NCBI RefSeq assembly: GCF_022539665.2
Contig: NC_081331.1
Location: forward strand, 10,416,001-10,480,000
From: Daphnia carinata
Taxonomy: Eukaryota
DNA: 64,000 nt
Direction of reading: 5' to 3'
Positions 12,061 to 23,554 of this stretch are shown piece by piece. Numbering within the stretch: position 1 is the stretch's first letter; each line of letters starts with the position of its first letter. The notes beneath the pieces were generated by a model. It had not been told where the DNA came from, made no database searches, and saw nothing but the letters and a program-made list of their open reading frames with translations. The translations under genes and the position numbers were made by a program.

Positions 12061-15000
12061 TTAGCTGGACATAAGCGACTGTGGTTGATCTCCGGAGCAA
12101 TCTTCTGGCGAATGTTGTTGTTGCTGTTGGATCACATTGCCATAATAATGTTGTTGTTGGCTATTGGCCGTTGAATAATAGGAGGAAAAAGCTCCGAAAT
12201 CATTATTATTCAAACCGCCATTTGCACCGGCGACGCCACCATTTTGAGATGAGATGATGTTGTTGTTGGGACTGACCGAGCCCGGATACGATGATGAAAC
12301 GGGCGAATTATTACTGCTGTAATGTCCAGCTCCACCGCTGCTACTGCAACCGGGCTGCTGATGTTGCTGGACAGTCATATTCATGGCCGCCATCGGTGGT
12401 AGATCGTAACACTGTTGATGTAATTGCTGTTGATGATGGTGGTGTGATTCTACCGGACTGGCATTGCCGCTAACGTACGGCGACGTGTTCTCCGGCGACA
12501 AGCAATCGCCATCTATCATAAACCACAAAAAAAAGATTTGATTTAATAAACATCGAATTAAAAAAAAAAAACTGTGAAAATGAAATGTGAATATTTGGAA
12601 CCCGGTAGTTTTGAAAATAAACGTTAGCTATTTCCCAACCAATTGAAAATTCTTTAGAGGAGGGACTTGTAATGAAAACATTTGGACCCAAAAAAAAAAT
12701 AGAGATGCAATTTGAGACCACTCGGGCTTATCAATTTCTACGAAATGGATCCGCCAATCACCATCAAGCAAATCCCGCTAGGATTGAATCCGAACTCCGA
12801 ACAAACAAACCCGGCGAAATTGGAGGATTGCCAAAGGACCATTGCAGAGGTCATCGTTACAACACACGCGTCTACCACCAACATATGAAATTAAAAAAAA
12901 AATGATTCACTTCCTATTTACCATTTAGAACTGAATGTTCGGTTTTGATCAAGTCGCTGTGGTGAATGGGACTCATGCTGTTGACAGGGTCCTGGTGATG
13001 ATGATGATGCTGGTAAACTAACTTGCTGTTGCCATTGCCCATCATCATGGAAATCGGAGCTCCGAACGAGTTCGGAGAGCCCGGATTCAAATGATTCGAA
13101 AGACTAGGTAACGATTGCTGTTGCTGCGATTGATTGTGATTCATATGGTGATGCTGATTCAAATGATTGTGATGTCCGGAATGGCCAGCCGAACTGCCTG
13201 AAGATGTCGGAACGGCACCCAATGCAACTTTGCTGACAGGTGTGGTGTCTCCCTTTCGCTTGCGTTTGCGGGTCTGTAAGTTTTAAAAAAATATATTATT
13301 TTAATTCATTGACCTCTAATGAATTTTGCAATTATTTCTACCTGGATGTTGTCCTTCTTCATGGCCAAAGGCCGGTTGACTCCGTGCAATTTGAAATAGA
13401 GACCGCAAGCATTGCAAACGGTTTCTCCCTGATTGTTACGGCGCCACAGAGACGTTGTCGTCGTCGCACAATTGGCGCACCGCAAACCCAGACGTCGCGT
13501 AGTCGACTGCAATGGGAATAACACACAAAAAAAAAGGTGAAGAAATTTATCGTTATGCGTCGAATTAGCTGTAAAGATAAGCTTTTGTTTTGCTGCTAAT
13601 GCAACAATCAGATAAAACAAGGTTGAAGTTCTTATTGAGTGCAATTACGATTATTACGAGTTATTAAATAATTACCAAGCGGCGCGTTTGCTTGATGAGA
13701 GGACGCTGAGTTCCGTTGTTCATCTTGTGGTACAGTCCGCAAGCGTTGCACAAGTAATGACCGGTGCCGTCGCGACGCCACAACGGCGTCGAAATTGATC
13801 CGCAGTTGACGCATTCTCGGCCGTCCACCTGCTCGTAGTCTTCGTCTGCTGGTAAAAGAAGATGAAAAGAAATTAAATATTAGTATTACATTTGGGGGGG
13901 GGGATTAAAGTTAAAGAGGAAAAAGGGGGGTTCGTTATTTCTCATGTTAACTAACATTCTAACGCTGAAAATCGAGATTTAACCTCCCCAAAAGAAAGTG
14001 GTAAATGGACCAAGAGGAACTCTTCTTTACACACGAGTGTGCGGTAATATGAGCAAAGAAGTTAACACTTGAACCTGCTGCTAGTATCCAAGTCTCCTCC
14101 CCCTTTTTTTTTGTGGACGGCTCACACATTTGTAACTCGCGCCCGGCTGCTGCGTGTGTGCATCGGTAAGAACAAGACAATTTACGACTTTTCCTCCCAA
14201 ATTACAAATTGTTACATACAGCTAAGAAGAAATAAGAATCTCTACACTTGGCAAGTCGATGTTACACCTCGTTATTCTTACATAAATTTAATTTTTGTTT
14301 TAAATCTTTATATCTTAAAACATGCACGGAATTCCCTTTAGGCGCAGCGGAAGCGTGCTGGGCCCATAACCCAAAGGTCCGTAGACCGAAACTACGCTCT
14401 TCTTTAAAATGAATATTTGTTTTTTGGCCAAGTTAAATCAAAAATGAACATTTTACATGTCATCTTTTAACTAGTTAAAAAAAAAACTGTAGGATATGAC
14501 GAGGGGTTCTTGTTTCTTTGAGTTGACAAAATGGAGCGGGATCTCGAATTTACATTTTTTCTTGCCATTCGATTTTTTTTAAACTTTAGAAAAATGGAAG
14601 ACATCATTTAAGTAGGAGAAGCGTTAGATCATTAAATCACACAGCGCTTTTTTTTTCTGTGATGCTGATAACCTAAGCGATGCGCTTTGCGTGACCTTTT
14701 TCTCCAACTGTGTGGTAATTCGAAGCCCCCTGCACCGACAGCTATGGATGTAAAGCCCCGGGATTGCGCGCTTCTTATTTTCTAACATGAATCTTTTTTT
14801 TTTCAGAGTGTTTCGTTATTATTTCCCTTTTTTCCCAATACAAACAAGCCAAAGCAGAACTAAATTAGCTTGGGGGAAATGTCATTTGAAAAAGAATATA
14901 TGATGTCGAACAGTTCACATGGTAACTCCTATAGAATGGGCGCTCCGCGGCATCGCTTAATTTTGTAAACCTTATCTTTTTTTAAATTTTTCTAATTTTG

Positions 15001-16881
15001 TTTTTTTCTGGACGCGCAAAAAAAAAAAAAATGAACGCTGACCTCTATCACGCCCCAAGTCGACGTCAATTTCTCGACTGGGTGTCAGCAAATACGGTAG
15101 CAACACACGCGGAGAGCCCTGCCCTTTTAAAATAAAATACAAAATGGATGCTGGACATGAATTTCGCTTGCGAGATGAAATATTAAAAAAAGAAGCTGAG
15201 TCTATTGGATTTGGGTGTTTCGCGGAAAAAATAACGAGTCAGCGACGAGAAGGACGACAAGAGGGGGGACCCCTCTGCTGGCCTGGACGGGGAAAGTTTG
15301 TTTCTGCGAAATTGATCAGCAAACATGGATCTACAGCGTGTTTGAGGTCGTGGTTTGTGTTCCAGCTGAACAGAAGAGGGGGGAGAACAGCCTAGTGATA
15401 CTGTTGACTCGATCTCAAAAGAGGCCGAACACATCGATGTCCAAAAACTCCGTTGACTGGCCGTCTATTTTTCTTGTCCTTTTTCTGACCTCGAATGACC
15501 TGCTAGAGATAGGCTCTGGGCATGTAATGCTACAGACTGGGATACTATAAGATTGGCACAGGTGCGCTGAGTCAACTGTTGGGACCCCCCCCCCCCCTTC
15601 TAAACTTCTTTCTCTTTTAATATATATTTTTTACGCTTTGCCTTGCTCGCGTCTTGGCCGCCCCCCCCCCCTTGCTCTCCACTACACACAAAACTTGTTT
15701 GGCCTTTTTTTTTCTAACGCGGCGTGTTGACAATACCTCGGGGATACCGCGCCGATATACAAACTGTACACAATAAGGTTTTTTCCTTTTTTTGTTCCAT
15801 CAAACAAGACCATTTCTTTTTTTTTTAATACATGCCATCCCTTTTTGTCCATCCCGCCCACGAAAAAGAATAGAAACATGTGGGTCGATGAATTTGCAAT
15901 CATTAAACAGTGATAAGTTGTTAATAAAAAGGTGTGACTTACTATTCATGGTGCAATAAGAGCTGAGCATCATCGACGCTGGACTGCCTCCGTATTGATG
16001 CGAAAGATGGTGACGGTTGTTGTTACCCGGTCCGCCCCGATTTCCATTGCCGGTCCATGCGCTGGTCGAACTTCCACCGAGATCTTTAAAATAAAAAAAA
16101 AAATATTTAAATATTTATTTAGAAATTTTATTGTTTAGTTGAACTTACTGCTTGAATCGAATGGAGGAGAAGAGGGAACGTTAGGCCATCCGGCAGCGGC
16201 GGCTGCAGCAGCAGCTGCGGCCGCTGCGGCCGCCGCCGCAGCTCCGTAGTCACCGTACGTTGCGGCGTAAGGCGGAAGGCGAGTAGTAGCAGTTGCTGAA
16301 CCACTTCCTGCTGTCGTGCTGTTTCGAGGCGACGTCGGCGTCGATGGCACAGAGCTGACCACGCTATTGTAACGACTCATAACTCCGCCATAGTTTGACT
16401 GCTGTTGATTCTGGTGATGATCCATCGAACCTGTTTAATCATTTTTTAAAATATCGAACAATCAACGATGAAATCGAAAACACCGGACGTACCCTGAGCC
16501 ATCCAGTGATGATTGTTTGATGGTCCGTCGTAGTAGAGCACAGGTGAGCCGACAGGCCCTGAATTATTGAGACTACCACCTGTTGATCCTGAACTGTTGC
16601 TGTAGTAACTGCTGCTGCTGTTGATTGCACATCACAATCAGATTGGATTTATTAAAATTGATATTGTCAAAGTGGCAGACTCACCTGAGCGTAATGTGCG
16701 CAGATTGCGATGTTGTCAGATGACCGTTGTGATCGTCCTGACTACCAGGACTTCCGTCACAATCTGGATGATCGTGATGATGATGATGGTAGTCAACACT
16801 GGCCGAAGAACTGACCGGACCGGCCGTCAAGACAGTATCTGGAGCTTCGGTTTCAGTCGGAGTTGGTAAACCTCCAAACAT
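12061..16881 (-). CDS. GATA4/5/6-class two-zinc-finger transcription factor, serpent-like
   Basis: Exons 16881-16685, 16617-16493, 16430-16149, 16083-15943, ~13848-13676, ~13506-13342, ~13274-12922 and 12512-12061 join in frame. Fingers [34 protein letters not shown] and [51 protein letters not shown]. KQxRRL, TSLWRRN and MKKDxIQ resemble serpent more than pannier. Poly-Ala/His/Gln tracts. Confidence 0.9.
14341..14403 (+). pseudogene. tRNA-iMet(CAT) pseudogene inside the large intron of the serpent-like gene, antisense to it
   Basis: GGCGCAGCGGAAGCGTGCTGGGCCCATAACCCAAAGGTCCGTAGACCGAAACTACGCTCT closely matches the tRNA at 23055. It lacks the 5' acceptor strand AGCAGAG and has a broken anticodon-stem-adjacent base and an altered T-loop (GACCGAA vs GATCGAA). 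Confidence 0.9.
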
Positions 16882-19800
16882 TTTTTTTTAAAACTTGGTC
16901 AGACGATTACAAGAAGATGAAGGACAAAATGAAATTGGATGATGAAGCGATTGTTAACTTGTGAATTTCACCACCGTTTTTATTTTTTTAGAAAAAAAAA
17001 ATGTTATCTAACAGGAATCAAGATGTGCACATGCGTCGACTTGAGAGACAGGCGACAGAGTGAAGAACTGGATTGTCGGCATGCGCCATGATACATCGAA
17101 CATGGATCCCATCGCCCATTTTGCTGCTGTGGCCCTCCCTCCTCGGCCGATTCGGAGGGCACAGGAGGGGCTGAAGGCGTGGCTTCGGCTCATCCACGGC
17201 TGAGCACCACTGACATCCAGCAATGCTCGTTCCACACAGTCCCCTCCTTTTTTCGTGTTATTTTCTTCTCCCTTAATTTCATGTTTATTTCTAAAAAGAT
17301 TTCCTTCGACTTTTTTTTTTTTTTGGAGGAAAGTGAATTCGGTTGGATCAGTTTCCCGCCGCTATCACCGCAAAAATCCCATCCGTGAAGTTAGGGTTCA
17401 CCACATACGCAGCCGCTGAACGCACAGGGAACATTTTTTTTTTTTTGTTAAATAGGCATTCAGTATTCGTACAGATTTTTATTTCATTTCCTTTTGTGTT
17501 TCGTTTTACCCTTACGACCACTTTACCGCAATTCGACGCTGTTATTACACAAGGTATTCTCGGCGTGTAAACGTCGTCCGCAATGAAGTTTAATCCGTTT
17601 CCTCCTCCTAAAAATAACATTTTTTGGTATTATTAAAATTTTATTACATTTAAAATTATCACTTCTCACAAGTTAAGGGAAATTAAACTCAGATTTATGC
17701 ACTTCTTCGCTTGTGTGTAAATTAGTTTGTCGAACTCTAAACGTCTTATCTCTGGGCGGTTTCTTCAACTGCACCAAGAGGATGGAGATGTTCCCCCACA
17801 AAAAAATATATATACACATACGTTTATGATACACACAAAAAAATAAAAGAAATGGCCATGTGTCAAAACAATGTCGTCCTGTAATGGGGCGTTTTTGTTT
17901 CTCCCTTTTTTTCTTTTTAATGTCTTAAGTTTGTGCCAGTCAACGAGCGGCCATTGTCCCAGTCTGGAAGACAAATGAAAAAGGCAGTTGCATTTTTAGG
18001 ATACGGTGGTCAACTACACGAACTGATATTACGATTGCGTAAGACATCAATCCGCCCGTAATGAAACAACGATGACCCCATACCTAAAAAAACTAAAGGA
18101 CATTAAAAACATAACTGAAGATGCTGTAAGACTGGCTGAGAAGAAATCCAATGACGATGGCTTTTCTTCCCGCCGAGAATTCCAATATCTTGATGATCTA
18201 AAAATGCTAGAAGGTTGAGAATAGAAGGGAAAATCCAGTAGCACATTTTGTATCGTCCCAAGAAGCGAGAAACATAAAAAAAAAATTCCCTAATGACGGG
18301 AGGAAGAAAAAAAGGAAAAAAAAAAAAATGAAAATTGGTCGAGATAACGATTATCTTTTTTACACACTTACGAGAATAGGGTCCTCATCATCGCAGCGTA
18401 CATGCAAATATTTGAACAGTGGCGGAATTCATTGAAGCACTCACAGAGACATAAAAGAAACCAACGACGGATGCTGGCGAGGGTTCGGGGGGTATAATAA
18501 GTGGCAGTCCTCGTCGCCGATTGGTCAGATTGTTATCTTACGCTGATAACAAAAATTAAAAAGAAAAGAAAAAAAGATTTAAATGATCAACTCTTCTCTG
18601 CTTTATGATTTAAAAGAGAATCTTTCGATTCTCATGGTCTTTTTGCATTAAAAATGCGCAGTTTGATCGGGTTAATCAGTCAAGTTCAACACGCGCACAA
18701 CTGAACAACTGTGCATATATTTACTATAGGCACTTGAGCTTTTCAGCAAGTTATACACTTTCTTCTCTTTTATTTAATTTTCTTTTTTTTTTTTGTTCTC
18801 GTCCTTTCCTATTACGAGAGAGAGTGAGTCAACACCGGCCATCCAAGTCTTCTATTTGAACAATTATTTTTTTTTTGAAACAGAATATATACGGCACGCG
18901 CTGTTCATCGTCACGGTTTTAGTACATATAGAAAAGGAGCTGTGTTAGCTAAATGAGCGAAGAAAGAGGGGGTGGTGCAGGGCGGATATCCGAGAAAAGT
19001 CAAGAAGACCCGTCCGGATGTTCCCGAACGGGAAGAGAGTGAAAGCAGCATCCTACACACACCGTGGTGGTGGGCGTACCTGTTTGTTCTTCTTCAACTT
19101 GACCTAGTACCTTTTTTTCCTTTGCGCCTTCCGCATCACGAATGTAGGCCGTAACGTCCAGCTTGACATCGTATGCTTTAATCTTTTATTAGCAAGATAC
19201 AATTATGTCATTGTTCTACAACCTTCTTGATTCGACGGTGCGAAGGCCGAGGTGTTTAAGCTTAAAAATAATGCGGGTCATTTGAACTGACCGATCGAAA
19301 GGATTTCCCCCTCCATTTTTATATAACAATGTTGCGCATTGTAATAATCCCGATGGGGCTGTCAGTGATTAAAGGAATAGCGATTGCTCTAATACTTTTC
19401 TATAGTTAAAGAGATTACGTGTGTCACTATTTTGTACCACATTGTTTATAGTTACTCAATAACAAGCATTAAAACGATGTGTGTTTTGTCTTTTGAAACA
19501 TTTCCTATGGATGCTGCTAGTCTAAAAAATAAAATAAAAACTGTGTTTTCAAGCGAACCCGCCCCCCTTTTCAGACGGGCCGGACGCTGTGCGTGTTTGC
19601 TTGATTTTGCGCTGGCTGCTTGTGTATATATGGGCGACACACAGGGGAAAGAGACTCGGTCCAGCTCTCATTTTCTTTTTACTAGATGTTTTTCTTATTT
19701 TGAAAAATTTTCTCTTTTTGCTTTTCTTTCGTCTGTGTGTGTGCTAGCCTCCCAGTTTTTATCTCGTTGAACCATTTGCTTTGCTAAGGGACTCCCCCTT

Positions 19801-22800
19801 CCTTCCCTCCTCCCACAACCAGTGAATATCCTGTAGTAGTTGAGGCTTCAAAAAAATAAAAAATCGAATACAATAAGCTTCAATGTTCATCATCTTTATT
19901 TTTTCATTTTCAAAACCCGAAGCGGCCCATAATGAAGTATAAATAACACTAACGAAGTACGCGTTAATTCTTTATGCATGTGTTCACTGCGCTAGAACAC
20001 GCAACTCCCTTTCACATCTGTAGACAAAAAAGAAGCTGTACGATGTCAAAGGGTCATGCTGAAAATCAATCCCGCACAATATTCACTGTTTCTGCAAAAG
20101 ACCGTGTTTCTTATAGTGACGCGCAGTGCATCGAATTTACACATGTCCCACATCATCCAGCACGAATTGATGAAATTTAAAATGAAGTGGTTCAGCACAA
20201 ATGTAAATTTGTGGTAGCACGGATGAATATTCGATTTTTTTTTTGTTCAAACATCAAGGATTGCTTGTTGATGCAGAATATTCAAATTTATTCCGAATAG
20301 TATAGACGAGAATTCGTGAGACATCGTCTTGTTTAAAGGTCACGAGTTGAAAGTAACCCAATACTTTAGTCGAAAAAAATATAAAAATTAATGCGCTGAA
20401 TTTATTTTTATTTATTTAACTTTTCCAAATATTTTTCGGAGAAATTTCGTCGATGTTGAGCACTTCCATGTTATGCATAAATTTTTTTTTCTTTCGCCAA
20501 ACACTGTAAAAGAGAGATCGGATTGCACCACCAAAAGTCATTGGCTACGTGCAACTCTGGAACGTAGACTTCCTGCATCCATGCCGTTTTACACATCCAA
20601 CTGGTATCATTCACGGAATAGAGGATAACATTCAAACTAATTACTGACGCAATTGAACGATCGTTTTGCGTTTCCTAATCAAAGTAGACATGATCTAATT
20701 TTTTGTTTAATTCGTCGTTAGGTAATAGAAGATGCCTCAAAGCCGGAACTGATGACACACTCAATGACGCACGAAGAGAATCGTAAAGCAGCAAACGGAA
20801 AACTCTTTTTGTCAGTGACATTTAAAAATAAAGGCTTTCTACTCATTTGCTAAAAAACAAACGAGAGCGAAAACAAGTGTTTGCGGGCATGACATCAGAC
20901 CCTGCGTCAACGCCCGTTCTTCCTTTTCCCTACCAAATGCGTCGTCAACATTTATGTGTGTGTCCTTTTGCACAGCTGGAATGTCCACGAAACAATGGCC
21001 CATACAACAAGTTTATACATTGATTTTTCTTTTGCACATGCTGGACAACCAACAAGGGAATACCCAACGAGACCAGTGAAAAAATGGAAGAATGGCCAAT
21101 GATTTGTCTCGCAGGTGGATGATGATGATGTGTCCATGTGCGTGCACCGGGTGCTGTCAGTCCGAACGCGTGCGATGATCATCAACGACCTCCCATGTTG
21201 TGGGTGTGTTGCTGCCGCGGACAATTGAGTTGAGGGCGGCTTTTTAGGGAAACCAATACCCAGCACATAAAAGAATAGAAGACTAAAGAAAGGGTCAGTA
21301 TAATAGGGCAAACATTTAACGCGCGTAGAACAGGTGTGTCATCACACCTGAAGTATCCAATAACAACAAAAGATGCCGAGCGCACGAGCTCTATTTAATT
21401 TCTTTTTGCAAGTCTATATACTATACATAAATCAAATTCTGTAGACCTATACACATAAAAGAAGAAGAAAAAAAAGTCGAATATATATATATACCCCTGG
21501 TTGATGGTGTCAATGCGCGAAAAAGTCAATGATGACCTCTTCTATTTCGTTTCTTTTTCATGACCCTCCACAGAAAGAAAAAGGAGTGAGACATGACCCT
21601 TTTTTTTTCTTCTTTTACCCTCATCTCTTGTATGTGATGTTGGAAGCTTGGGTACCAGAGGCTCGATGATTTACAACCCCCTCGTTTTTCTCTTTATTTT
21701 TTATATATACTGGTGCAGCAGCGTATCTTTAGTATACATTTATTTTTTTTTTTACTTATTCGAATTTTCTTGCTATTTAATTTTTCTTTTTGAGGGGAAG
21801 AGAAGACGCAGCACCATGTGCGAGTTTGCTTAGCGATTAGGTCCGGCTCTCTCTACACAGCCTTCCTGCGGCCTCCGCCTCTTCCAACCGCCCCGAAGAA
21901 GTATGAAGAACATAAAAATTGGTCCGTCTGTGTATTGCTGATAGCAAAGAAGAAGAAGAAAAAAAAAATGTTCCTTCCTCTCTTTTTTTCAACTCGCGTC
22001 AGGGTTGTTGGCTGTGTGCCTTTCCTTTGTTTTCCCTTTTTCTCTTAAATATGTGTCAAAACATTGAAAACGGACCGCCTCCCCTCTCGCTGATGACTCA
22101 AAACAGCAGACAGAGAAGCTTAGTTTTTGAATTAAAAACATTCATCATAGCCTTGGTTCAACCTTGAGTCATAATACTATGTATTTCTGTAACAATATCT
22201 TTTTACTGTGAAAATGCTATTATGAAATATACCAATAACAACGAAGACGTCCCATTGTCAAGTTCATTGCGACCAAGTGAACTGAACTTTACCTGACTAG
22301 CGAAGAAAAGAAAATATAGTTGAGATAAAAAGTCTGGCGACGACCGTCCATCGTTATCTTTTTTGTTCTTCCTCGAAAAAAGTTCACATACAAGATAACG
22401 ATGGTGCTATTCCTCTCTTTTTTTTCTGTCTAGGATGTATAAGTGTGCTTATAGAGCCGATTCCGCCTCCTCCGTCTTCCGGCCAGCATTATTCGTCTGT
22501 ACATACACGAATACACCCAAAAAGTAAAAGTAAAACAATCAGAAAGCACAAGCCGTGTCACAGGAGACTCACAACTGGATCAACACTAATATGTGGTAAA
22601 ACGTCCTCCTACATATGTAGCTAGATCATTCAAGGTTGAAGGAGAGTTTTTGCGTCCAGCTTAGAATACACTGGTTTGAGCGTCTACAATTACCGAACTT
22701 ATTTCCTAAAAATTTTTGTGGTGTTCATCGTCATGCGTCTTTTAAAAATCATAAGTCAGAAAACAGAGTTTAGACTCGACGTCGCCCGATATTCAGTCAC

Positions 22801-23054
22801 AGTCGGAGCCGTGACCTATGAACTGACCATTGCTAGCTAGTGACTTGACCTCTTGGTTGAGGCAACGTACACACGTCGGCGAGAAAATTATTTTGTTTAA
22901 GAGGCTTAGAGGCAAATAAAACTATTCTCATCAAACCAAGGCGGCAAAATATCACTTACTATGTGTTGGCGACAAGAGCGGTGGAAGAGAATTTCGAACG
23001 TATATTGGCAAAAAACCCGTATAACTACCGTAGTAGTTTAACGAATAACAGCAA

Positions 23055-23126
23055 AGCAGAGTGGCGCAGCGGAAGCGTGCTGGGCCCATAACCCAGAGGT
23101 CCGTGGATCGAAACCACGCTCTGCTA
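23055..23126 (+). tRNA. tRNA-iMet-CAT: Initiator tRNA-Met (anticodon CAT)
   Basis: AGCAGAGTGGCGCAGCGGAAGCGTGCTGGGCCCATAACCCAGAGGTCCGTGGATCGAAACCACGCTCTGCTA: A1:U72 pair, GGG/CCC anticodon stem, GATCGAAA T-loop typical of eukaryotic initiator tRNA, downstream T-runs as Pol III terminator. Confidence 0.98.
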
Positions 23127-23554
23127 AGATTATTTTATTTTTTTGCCATTGATTATTTGGCAATGTATCAGTTAACCTACATCCTGGCGAACATTTGCTT
23201 GATATGACTGACAATTTTTGCAAAGTCAACCATAGATTGACCTAAAATAAATGCTTTTAAAGAAATTTTTTGCATTTTACGATTGTTTCAGAAGAAAGCG
23301 ACATAACTTGCACCTATTGGCAGCTTCATGAACCCTTAGTACACACATTAAAAGGTTTTGTTTGTTTTCGTTCTGTTTTTATAGTAATCTTCCGTAGACC
23401 TGTACCGTTAAACTGTAAAAGATTCGCCATCTCAGTTTATCGAAAAGGAGAGCTTTTCACTTGGATTAATATGTGTTTCTGGAATAAATGGGACGTAACT
23501 AGGCGCTTATTACGTCTGTGTTAATGACTGCAGAAAACCTAATTTTAAACTAAG

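Noticed and set aside
12737..12871. Alternative terminal exon in the serpent-like gene
   Set aside because: An open frame exists, but the required intron is only ~50 nt with a weak acceptor.
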